A stretch of DNA of 64,000 nt, from assembly GCA_015231405.1 (NCBI GenBank), contig JADGBR010000003.1, positions 93,549 to 157,548 of the forward strand, written 5' to 3'. The notes under the pieces were generated by a model. That model was not told where the DNA came from, did not search any database, and saw nothing but the letters and a program-made list of their open reading frames with translations. The stretch comes from Candidatus Omnitrophota bacterium. Its GTDB lineage: Bacteria > Omnitrophota > Gorgyraeia > Tantalellales > Tantalellaceae. Numbering within the stretch: the stretch's first letter is position 1; every line of letters starts with the position of its first letter. The position numbers were made by a program, and so were the translations under genes. Below, piece by piece: positions 29,794-37,824 of this stretch.

Positions 29794-30615
29794 ATGATAT
29801 TTAAATACAACATTAATTTCACAAAAGCAGTCGCGACGGGCAATGATTTTATCATTCTTGACGACAAAGACGGTAGGATCGGGAAGCGGAAGTTGGATTA
29901 TGCGGAGCTCGCCAGGGATCTTTGCAGGAGGAGCCTGTCGGTCGGGGCGGACGGGATACTGGTCCTTGAAGGCTCTAAAAAGTCCGATTTCAGGATGCGG
30001 ATATTCAATCCCGACGGGTCCGAGGCTGATATGTGCGGGAACGGCGCCAGGTGCAGCTCCATGTACGCGAGCCTGAACGGATGGGGGGATACTCTCAAGT
30101 TCGAGACCGGAGCCGGGATAATAAAAGCCGAGGTTAAAGGCGGTAATATCAAACTTAAAATGAGCGACCCGTCGGATATCAGGCTTGGGATCGCCATTGA
30201 TGTCCTGGGATGCAAACTTAAGATAAATTTCGTCAATACCGGAGTGCCTCACACTGTGGTCTTGGTCGAAGACTTGAATAGCTGCCAGGTGAAAGAGACC
30301 GGGCGCGCGATAAGGGAACATGCTTATTTTACCCCTGAGGGGACCAACGTGAATTTTGTCGAGGCCGAAGAGCGCGGGAAACACCGCGTGAGGACTTACG
30401 AGAGGGGCGTCGAGGATGAGACGCTGGCCTGCGGCACCGGGAGCGTGGCTTCGGCCATAATACTCTATCTTCGCGGGAAAGCCGTTTCGCCCGTAAAGAT
30501 GCTGACCAAAAGCGGTGAAACGCTTGTCGTCTGTTTTAGAAAGTCCGGGAAAAACCGGGTTAAAGATGTTTACCTGGAAGGTCCCGCGCAATTAGTTTAC
30601 GAAGGGAGGGTTTAG
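29794..30615 (+). CDS. dapF: Diaminopimelate epimerase
   Basis: GNDF, ADG, FNPDGSEADMCGNGARC, GVPH, TNVNF, ERGV..ETLACGTG. The longer ORF start runs through the MITE. Confidence 0.96.
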   Translation: MIFKYNINFTKAVATGNDFIILDDKDGRIGKRKLDYAELARDLCRRSLSVGADGILVLEGSKKSDFRMRIFNPDGSEADMCGNGARCSSMYASLNGWGDTLKFETGAGIIKAEVKGGNIKLKMSDPSDIRLGIAIDVLGCKLKINFVNTGVPHTVVLVEDLNSCQVKETGRAIREHAYFTPEGTNVNFVEAEERGKHRVRTYERGVEDETLACGTGSVASAIILYLRGKAVSPVKMLTKSGETLVVCFRKSGKNRVKDVYLEGPAQLVYEGRV

Positions 30616-30617
30616 TC

Positions 30618-31490
30618 ATGTTCAAGGGTTCATTTGTGGCGCTCGCTACGCCGTTCAAAAAGGGCAAAGTCGACGAAAAAGCGTACAGGGCGCTTATCGA
30701 GTTCCAGATAAAGAACGGCACCGACGGTATTGTGCCATGCGGTTGTACGGGCGAGGCCGCGACGCTTTCGATCGAGGAGCAGAAAAGCGTCATAAAAATA
30801 GCGCTTGAAACCATAGGTAAAAGGGCGAAGGTCGTGGCCGGTACCGGTTCGAATTGTACGCACGAGGCTATGGAACTGACGATGTTCGCTAAGAAAGCGG
30901 GTTGCGACGGTGCTCTCATCATAACCCCTTACTACAATAAGCCGACGCCTGAAGGACAGTACAGGCATTACAGGGATATAGCGGAGAAATCCCAGCTCCC
31001 GATAATGCTTTACAACGTGCCTTCGCGTACGGGACTTTGCCTTTCACCGGAAACGGTAGCTCGTTTATCCAAAGTCGAGAACATCGTCGCGATAAAGGAA
31101 GCGGCCGGCAGCGTTCAGCAGGTGATGGATATAATCTCGTTATGCGATATCACAGTAATGAGCGGGGACGACGCGATGACCCTCCCATTTATGGCGGTTG
31201 GGGCTATGGGCGTGGTAAGCGTTGTCGCTAATATCATCCCGGATAAAATACACAAGCTGACGAAAAACTATCTCGACGGAAAGATAGACTCAGCGAAGAA
31301 GGTCCATTACGAAATACTCGGACTCGTAAAGGCCATGTTCATCGAGACCAACCCGATACCTGTCAAGACGGCATTAAGCCTTATGGGCATGATCGGCGAG
31401 GAATGGCGTATGCCGCTCTGCGAGATGATGCCGGAGAACCGCGCGAAACTTCGTGATGTGCTTGTTAAGTATGGGCTTATTAGGAAGTGA
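30618..31490 (+). CDS. dapA: 4-hydroxy-tetrahydrodipicolinate synthase
   Basis: GCTGE, PYYNKP, LYNVPSRTG, AIKEA, SGDD, NPIPVK. Confidence 0.97.
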   Translation: MFKGSFVALATPFKKGKVDEKAYRALIEFQIKNGTDGIVPCGCTGEAATLSIEEQKSVIKIALETIGKRAKVVAGTGSNCTHEAMELTMFAKKAGCDGALIITPYYNKPTPEGQYRHYRDIAEKSQLPIMLYNVPSRTGLCLSPETVARLSKVENIVAIKEAAGSVQQVMDIISLCDITVMSGDDAMTLPFMAVGAMGVVSVVANIIPDKIHKLTKNYLDGKIDSAKKVHYEILGLVKAMFIETNPIPVKTALSLMGMIGEEWRMPLCEMMPENRAKLRDVLVKYGLIRK

Positions 31491-31521
31491 AGAGTAAGAC
31501 CGGATTAAGAGAGCAATACTT

Positions 31522-31605
31522 CGTCATTGCGAGGAGCGACCGAAGGGAGAGACGAAGCAATCCAAATAGATTGCTTCGTTGGCCTTTGGCCTCCTCGCAA
31601 TGACG
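31522..31605. repeat. Free-standing CGTCATTGCGAG...GAAGCAATC / GATTGCTTCG...CTCGCAATGACG palindromic element
   Basis: Same core as the MITE interior but without the terminal inverted repeats. Confidence 0.85.
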
Positions 31606-31622
31606 GGAAATGGAGGTTGTAT

Positions 31623-32366
31623 ATGATCCGACTCGGAATATGCGGCGCATGCGGTAAGATGGGAAAGATGATAGCCAACCTCGCCGCTAAAGATAAGGAA
31701 TTCAGGATAGTTACGGCCCTCGAAAGGGAAGGCCATGAGTTGGCGGGGAAGGACTTGAAAACGGCGATCGGAATAGATGCCCCGGGGGTAAAGGTAACAA
31801 CGGACCTTAACGCCGCGTTCACGGGGATAGACTGTATGATAGATTTTACTCTGCCGGAGCCCACTCTTACGCATCTTAAAGCCGCGGTCAGTCACAAAGT
31901 CGCTATGGTCATAGGTACCACCGGGCTTAAGGCCGAGGATGAAAAACTCATTTCCGAAGCGGCTAAGACCATCCCGATAATATTTTCGCCGAACATGGCC
32001 CCGGGGGTTCACCTGCTTTTCAATATCGTCGCCGCCGCGGCAAAGGCCCTCGGTAAGGATTTCTCGATATCGGTTGACGAGACGCATCACGTGCATAAGA
32101 AAGACTCACCGAGCGGTACGGCCAAAATGATAGCGAAGGTGATAAAGGAAGCCTCGGGTAAGGACGTTCCGGTAGAGGCTTTCCGTGAAGGCGAAGTCGT
32201 GGGAAATCACGGTATAATCTTTAAAAGCGAATTCGAGACCCTCGAAATAAGGCATGACGCCAAGACGCGCGAAGTTTTCGCCGCGGGGTCGTTAAAGGCC
32301 GCAAAGTTCCTGGCGGGGAAGCCCGCGGGGTTGTATCGTATGGCGGACGCGTTAGGTCTTTCGTAA
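31623..32366 (+). CDS. dapB: 4-hydroxy-tetrahydrodipicolinate reductase
   Basis: GACGKMG, IDFT.P, IGTTG, ETHH..KKDSPSGTA; RBS GGAGG. Confidence 0.96.
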   Translation: MIRLGICGACGKMGKMIANLAAKDKEFRIVTALEREGHELAGKDLKTAIGIDAPGVKVTTDLNAAFTGIDCMIDFTLPEPTLTHLKAAVSHKVAMVIGTTGLKAEDEKLISEAAKTIPIIFSPNMAPGVHLLFNIVAAAAKALGKDFSISVDETHHVHKKDSPSGTAKMIAKVIKEASGKDVPVEAFREGEVVGNHGIIFKSEFETLEIRHDAKTREVFAAGSLKAAKFLAGKPAGLYRMADALGLS

Positions 32367-32374
32367 TGTTCAAC

Positions 32375-32447
32375 GTAGGGGCGGCCCTTGCATGTCCTCC
32401 GAAGCCGGATAATATCTATTGATTCGGCGAAGGAGGATGGCCGCCCT
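32375..32447. repeat. GTAG-REP interrupted by a 47-bp CATG+hairpin insert (32391-32437)
   Basis: Deleting 32391-32437 exactly restores the 17111-17136 REP. Confidence 0.8.
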
Positions 32448-32510
32448 AAATAAGGCGTTTCGTTGGATTGGGAACGCCATGCGTAATACGGTATATAAAA
32501 AAGGAGCCGA

Positions 32511-33680
32511 ATGAATATCGAGTTTTCCGAGAGATTGAAACAACTTCCGCCGTATCTATTCGGCGAGATTGATAAGGCTAAGAAGAAAGCCATGGACGAG
32601 GGGCGGCCCGTGATCGACCTGGGCGTGGGCGACCCGGATACTCCGACGCCGGATATTATCGTGAAAAAATTGCAGGAGGCTTCGACCGACCCTTCGACGC
32701 ACAAATACGCGCTAAATAAAGGGCTAAGATCTCTCAGGGTCGCTATGGCCGAATGGTACAAGAAGAGGTTCGGTGTTATTCTTGACCCGGATACGGAGAT
32801 CCTCCCTTTAATGGGTTCGAAGGACGGGATAGCCCATATACCGATGGCTTTCGTTAATCCCGGTGACGCGGTCCTCGCTTCAAACCCCGGCTACCCGCCA
32901 TATATCTCGGGTGCGATATTCGCCGGAGGAGAAGCGCATATGCTGCCGCTATTAAAAGAGAACAGTTTTATCCCTGACCTCGACCGCGTCGATAAGAGCG
33001 TGGCGAAGCGCTCGAAGCTCATGCACATCAATTATCCCAACAATCCGACCGGTGCCGTATGCGGCAAGGATTTTTACGCTAGGACGGTCGAGTTCGCCCA
33101 AAAGAACGGCACTATCGTCTGTTCGGACGCGGCTTATACGGAACTTTCTTACGACGGCTATAACCCTCCGAGTTTTCTCGAGGTCCCGGGGGCCAAAGAG
33201 GTGGGCATAGAGTTCCACTCGCTTTCCAAGACTTTCAATATGACCGGATGGCGCGTGGGCATGGCCGTTGGCAACGCTAAAGTGCTGGAAGGGCTGGGAA
33301 ACGTTAAATCGAATATAGACTCCGGTATTTTTACGGCGGTGCAGGTAGCGTCCATAGAGGCCCTCAAGAACTCAGAGAGCATAAAGGCCCGGATGAATAA
33401 GGTATATACCGAAAGGCGCGACACGTTGGTCGACGGGTTGAACAGGATAGGCTGGATAGTGGATAAACCTAAAGCCGCGTTCTACGTATGGGCGCCTGTC
33501 TTCGGGAAATATGATTCCGCCGCGCTCGCCAAGGCGATGCTGGAAAAAGCCGATCTCATAATCACTCCCGGGAACGGTTTTGGAAAATACGGTGAAGGCT
33601 ATGTCCGTTTCGCGCTTACCGTAGGCGTGGATAAGCTCAAGGAAGCGGTCGAACGGATAAGGCGCAGTTTTTTTGTATAG
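32511..33680 (+). CDS. dapL: LL-diaminopimelate aminotransferase
   Basis: LPPYLF, DLGVGDPD, GSKDGI, NYPNNPTG, DAAY, SLSKTFNMTGWRVG; lies in the dap operon. Confidence 0.88.
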   Translation: MNIEFSERLKQLPPYLFGEIDKAKKKAMDEGRPVIDLGVGDPDTPTPDIIVKKLQEASTDPSTHKYALNKGLRSLRVAMAEWYKKRFGVILDPDTEILPLMGSKDGIAHIPMAFVNPGDAVLASNPGYPPYISGAIFAGGEAHMLPLLKENSFIPDLDRVDKSVAKRSKLMHINYPNNPTGAVCGKDFYARTVEFAQKNGTIVCSDAAYTELSYDGYNPPSFLEVPGAKEVGIEFHSLSKTFNMTGWRVGMAVGNAKVLEGLGNVKSNIDSGIFTAVQVASIEALKNSESIKARMNKVYTERRDTLVDGLNRIGWIVDKPKAAFYVWAPVFGKYDSAALAKAMLEKADLIITPGNGFGKYGEGYVRFALTVGVDKLKEAVERIRRSFFV

Positions 33681-33687
33681 AGGTTCC

Positions 33688-33754
33688 GTGGGACGTGGGA
33701 CGTAGGACGTGGGACGAAAAGTTAACGTCCTACGTCCTACATCCCGTGTCCTAC
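33688..33754. repeat. GT(G/A)GGAC x4 and inverted GTCCTAC x4 heptamer hairpin
   Basis: Read directly. Confidence 0.85.
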
Positions 33755-33758
33755 GGTA

Positions 33759-34274
33759 ATGAATATGTCAAAAGTCTACTTATCGATAGGTTCGAACATC
33801 GGCGACAGGTACGAGAACTGTAACGAGGCGGTGCGCCTCGTAGGAGGGACCCAGGGGATAGAGATACAGAGAGTATCCTCTTTATACCTGACGAAGCCCG
33901 TGGGAGGTCCCCCGAACCAGCGGGAGTACATGAACGGTGTCGTAGAGATGGAAACCGTTCTTCTCCCCGAAGCGTGCCTTGACGTTCTCAAGGATATAGA
34001 GAAACAAATGGGCCGAACCCCAGCCGAAAAAGACCATCCGCGTATCATTGATATAGATATCTTATTCTATGACTCCCTGGTCATGGAAGAACCCGACCTC
34101 ATTATCCCGCATCCCGGAGCCCATACAAGGGAATTCGTTCTCAGGGGATTGAACGAGCTGGCTCCCGATATGGTTCACCCTTATATGGGAGCGACGATGG
34201 CGGAGTTATACGCTAGTGTCAAGGGAGAGAGTGAAGTGGGGAGTAGGCGGAGTAACGTGGGACGTACGACGTAG
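33759..34274 (+). CDS. folK: 2-amino-4-hydroxy-6-hydroxymethyldihydropteridine pyrophosphokinase
   Basis: YLSIGSNIG, PRIIDIDIL, IPHP...REFVL. Confidence 0.94.
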   Translation: MNMSKVYLSIGSNIGDRYENCNEAVRLVGGTQGIEIQRVSSLYLTKPVGGPPNQREYMNGVVEMETVLLPEACLDVLKDIEKQMGRTPAEKDHPRIIDIDILFYDSLVMEEPDLIIPHPGAHTREFVLRGLNELAPDMVHPYMGATMAELYASVKGESEVGSRRSNVGRTT

Positions 34275-34305
34275 GACGTAGGACGTAGGACGTGGGACGT
34301 CCTAT
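34257..34305. repeat. GTAGGAC heptamer array overlapping the folK stop
   Basis: Six degenerate direct units plus one inverted unit. Confidence 0.85.
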
Positions 34306-34315
34306 TTTAAAAGTT

Positions 34316-35161
34316 ATGATAACGATAACGACTATAAAAGACATGCGGGATTACTCGGCCGAGGTGCGGCGGAATGGGAAGACCATTGGGTTCGTTCCTA
34401 CTATGGGGTATCTTCATGAAGGGCATCTCGGCCTTGTCCGGGAGTCGGTCCTTACCAGTTTCAGGACGGTAGCTAGCATTTTCGTCAATCCCGCTCAATT
34501 CGGACCGAACGAGGACCTCGATAAATATCCGCGTAATACAGAAAAAGATAAAGAACTTCTTGAAGGTGTAAAGGCCGATGTTCTTTTTTTTCCTTCCGTC
34601 AGGGAGATGTATCCGGAAGGATACTCTACCTACGTGACGGTCGAAGGCGCTCTCACCGATACTTTATGCGGGGCTTTGAGGCCCGGCCATTTCAGGGGCG
34701 TCGCTACCGTCGTACTTAAACTTCTTAATATTGTCGATCCCGACAGGGCCTTTTTCGGTCAGAAGGACGCCCAGCAGGCTATTGTCATAAAGCGGATGGC
34801 TAAAGATCTCGATCTCCGGGCGGATATCAGGGTAATGCCGATAATCAGGGACGAGGACGGACTCGCCATGAGCTCAAGGAATGTTTATCTTTCCCCCATT
34901 GAGAGGGCGAAAGCTACGGTTATTTATAAGTCGTTATCGGCGGCCGTAGACCTTGTTAAAAAAGGCGAACGCTCGGTCCGCGAGATAAAACTGGCTATGA
35001 GCGCTATGCTTGAGGCGGAAGGGGTAAGGACTGATTATATCGCCGCTGTAGGCGCGGATGATCTCCGGCCGGTCGAAAAAATAAAAGGGAGGACCCTTAT
35101 CGCCGTCGCGGCGTGGGTCGGTTCGACGCGGCTTATTGATAACGTGATCGTTGAAAGGTAG
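34316..35161 (+). CDS. panC: Pantoate-beta-alanine ligase
   Basis: PTMGYLHEGH, FVNP.QF, RPGHF.GV, FGQKDAQQ, GLAMSSRN, RLIDN. Confidence 0.97.
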   Translation: MITITTIKDMRDYSAEVRRNGKTIGFVPTMGYLHEGHLGLVRESVLTSFRTVASIFVNPAQFGPNEDLDKYPRNTEKDKELLEGVKADVLFFPSVREMYPEGYSTYVTVEGALTDTLCGALRPGHFRGVATVVLKLLNIVDPDRAFFGQKDAQQAIVIKRMAKDLDLRADIRVMPIIRDEDGLAMSSRNVYLSPIERAKATVIYKSLSAAVDLVKKGERSVREIKLAMSAMLEAEGVRTDYIAAVGADDLRPVEKIKGRTLIAVAAWVGSTRLIDNVIVER

Positions 35162-35201
35162 TAGTTAGCGGTTGCTTGCGGTAGTTATAGAAATAGAAAT
35201 A

Positions 35202-35280
35202 GTAGGCGCGGACCCCCGTGTCCGCGCGTGAAAGAGATTAATCAACGAATTTATACCCCGGCACGGGGGCCGGGGTCTAC
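35202..35280. repeat. Inverted pair of GTAG-REP-like hairpins with CCCCGT loop
   Basis: GTAG-GCGCGGAC-CCCCGT-GTCCGCGC and, on the minus strand, GTAG-ACCCCGGC-CCCCGT-GCCGGGGT. Confidence 0.7.
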
Positions 35281-35328
35281 TGTTTTTATTTTGTCCGACA
35301 ACCGACAACTGACGAGGAGGCATGACTG

Positions 35329-36264
35329 GTGACCGACGCGCGTTTCGATCAGAAGTACAAAGAACATCTTCAGCGTAAGATCAAGGACCTCAAGGACAAG
35401 CATGACGCGGTGATACTGGCGCATAATTACCAGCGCGACGAGGTGCAGGAGATCGCGGATATAACCGGGGACTCTTACGCCCTCGCGGTGGCGGCGACGA
35501 AAGTGAAACAGAAAGTCATAGTTTTCTGCGGGGTGTCGTTCATGGCCGAGAGCGCGGCCATCCTTAATCCCGATAAGACCGTCCTTCTCCCTGTAGCCGA
35601 GGCGGGCTGTCCGCTCGCCGAGATGATAACCGTTGAAAAACTCCGGCTTAAGAAGAACGAATATCCTGAAGCCGCCGTCGTCTGTTACGTTAACACCTCC
35701 GCTTCCGTTAAAGCGGAAAGCGACATATGCTGTACTTCGTCGAACGCGATAAAGGTGGTCAAGTCGATGAAAGAGGAGAAAATAATTTTTGTCCCGGACA
35801 AGAATCTTGGCAGATACGTGAGGGAACACGTTCCTGAAAAGGAGCTCATTCTCTGGGACGGATATTGCGTGACGCATCAGCGCCTGACCAGGGAAATGGT
35901 CGAGAAGACGAAGAAGCTCTGCCCCAACGCGCTTTTCCTCGCGCACCCGGAATGCCGTAAAGAGGTACTGGAACTCGCGGATTATACCGGGAGTACCGCT
36001 GGAATCGTCAATTATGTTAAAGATTCGAACCATAAGGAATTCATAATAGGTACGGAAAAGGGTATCATCTATAAGCTGCAGGCGGACAGCCCCGACAAAA
36101 AATTCTATCTACCCACGGATAATTTCATATGCGCGAACATGAAACTTACGACGCTCGGCTGGGTCGCGCGGTCGCTCGAACAGATGGTCTATCATGTAAC
36201 CGTCCCGGAAGATATCGCAGATAAAGCCCGTAAGGCGCTTGAGCGGATGATTGCGGTTAAGTAG
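35329..36264 (+). CDS. nadA: Quinolinate synthase
   Basis: AHNYQ, FCGV.FMAE, AGCPLA, YVNTSA.VKA, CTSSNA, HPEC, C.NMK; RBS GAGGAGG. Confidence 0.96.
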   Translation: MTDARFDQKYKEHLQRKIKDLKDKHDAVILAHNYQRDEVQEIADITGDSYALAVAATKVKQKVIVFCGVSFMAESAAILNPDKTVLLPVAEAGCPLAEMITVEKLRLKKNEYPEAAVVCYVNTSASVKAESDICCTSSNAIKVVKSMKEEKIIFVPDKNLGRYVREHVPEKELILWDGYCVTHQRLTREMVEKTKKLCPNALFLAHPECRKEVLELADYTGSTAGIVNYVKDSNHKEFIIGTEKGIIYKLQADSPDKKFYLPTDNFICANMKLTTLGWVARSLEQMVYHVTVPEDIADKARKALERMIAVK

Positions 36265-36283
36265 GAAGTGTATAGTAAGTAGT

Positions 36284-36460
36284 CAGACTGTGTAGCAATT
36301 CGAATATTAGCTTAATTCGTCATTGCGAGGAGTGAACGACGAAGGAGCGAATGACGAAGCAATCCCTGTAAAAACAATAAGTTACAGAGATTGCTTCGGG
36401 CACTTCGTGCCCTCGCAATGACGGCCAATTTGTTCAAAACTGTTATTGCGACACAGTCTG
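36284..36460 (+). mobile_element. MITE copy C (177 bp) with AGT target-site duplication
   Basis: Ends CAGACTGTGTAGCAAT...ATTGCGACACAGTCTG, flanked by AGT on both sides. Confidence 0.9.
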
Positions 36461-36573
36461 AGTAAGGAGTAGGGAGTAAAGAGAAAATACGGGCTGTCCT
36501 TACAAACACGTCTGCAAATTTTACTGCATACTCCTTTCTGCCTACTGCATACTATTGTAAATGGGCTAAGAAT

Positions 36574-37386
36574 ATGAATAAAATAACTATCGGAATGATC
36601 GGTTGCGGGAACATCGGCGGAGCGATAGTTAAGGCCGTCAACGAGAGATTTGCCGCGAATATCCGCGAAACCGTTATCTATGACCTGGACGCCGCGAAAA
36701 TGTCCTCGATAAAAAAGAACTTTCCCACGGTAAGAGAGGCACCCGGCATAGACGAACTTATCGCTCTCTCCGACCTCGTTTTTGAGGCTGTATCCCCGGC
36801 GGTAGCTGCGTCGGTACTCGGGAAATGCGTCAGCGGGGGTAAAGACGTCATGATAATGAGCATCGGCGGCGTAATAGGGAACGAGAAACTCATCGATGAG
36901 GCCAGGAGTAAAGGTGTTAAGGTCATACTTCCGTCCGGGGCCATAGCGGGGCTTGACGCCGTTAAGGCCATGAAAATATCCGGTATAGACAGCGTTACGC
37001 TCACGACCCGTAAGCCCCCCAAGTCTCTTAAAGGCGCTAAATATCTCGAAGAGAAAGGAATCGACCCGGATTCGATAAAGAAAGAGACCGTTATCTTCGA
37101 CGGAGCGGCTCTTGAAGCCATAAAAGCCTTTCCGCAGAATATTAACGTTTCGGCCATTCTCTCTCTGGCCGGCATAGGCCCCGAAAAGACCCGTGTCCGC
37201 ATCATTTCGTCCCCGGAATATACCACAAATTCGCACGAGGTTACGGTAAAAAGTAAAGCCGGCACACTGACCGCGCTTACCGATAACGTACCCTCGCCGT
37301 CAAACCCCAAAACGAGCTACCTAGCCATATTATCCGCCATCTCCGCGATCGAGGACTACTTCTCCTCGGTCAGGCTAGGTAATTAG
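36574..37386 (+). CDS. nadX: L-aspartate dehydrogenase
   Basis: GCGNIG, PSGAIAGLD, TRKPP, FPQNINVSA, N.HE, NVPSP.NPKTS; adjacent to nadA. Confidence 0.92.
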   Translation: MNKITIGMIGCGNIGGAIVKAVNERFAANIRETVIYDLDAAKMSSIKKNFPTVREAPGIDELIALSDLVFEAVSPAVAASVLGKCVSGGKDVMIMSIGGVIGNEKLIDEARSKGVKVILPSGAIAGLDAVKAMKISGIDSVTLTTRKPPKSLKGAKYLEEKGIDPDSIKKETVIFDGAALEAIKAFPQNINVSAILSLAGIGPEKTRVRIISSPEYTTNSHEVTVKSKAGTLTALTDNVPSPSNPKTSYLAILSAISAIEDYFSSVRLGN

Positions 37387-37448
37387 GGACGTCACCCGAT
37401 TAATTATTAATTCAACCTGGTAACATTCTGGTAACAGTAGTTACACCG

Positions 37449-37621
37449 ACAAGCTGGCCGGGACGTCTCGGCCAGGGACGTTCGGCCTGCTCCAGCGGCA
37501 GTCCTCACTCTCTGAGCTCGGTTTTACCGGAGGGATACGCACCGATAGGAACAGCGAATCCCTCCGGACCAAGCTAAAACCGAGCTCACAAGCCCTGGCC
37601 GAAACATCCCGGCCAGCTTGT
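37449..37621. repeat. 173-bp GC-rich long imperfect inverted repeat
   Basis: Outer arms ACAAGCTGGCCGGGA/TCCCGGCCAGCTTGT, middle arms TGAGCTCGGTTTTA/TAAAACCGAGCTCA, inner arms CCGGAGGGAT/ATCCCTCCGG. Confidence 0.8.
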
Positions 37622-37824
37622 TCAGCGATAATAATACCCACAACGACCCAACTACTCGAATAAACCCCCGTTGCTCTCAGAAGTTAGGGCGAGGAGGTGC
37701 ACTTTTGTATCAAACGTTAAGACAACAAAATTCAGCATACCATCTATTGTATTTGTTAACCATATGGGTATATTTAATAAGAATGTAATTAATAACAATT
37801 GTGAAGGGAAAACTGTGCCCAATT

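Noticed and set aside
25364-36460. Possible CRISPR array from recurring palindromic repeats
   Set aside because: Copies are dispersed kilobases apart, with no repeat-spacer periodicity and no cas genes.
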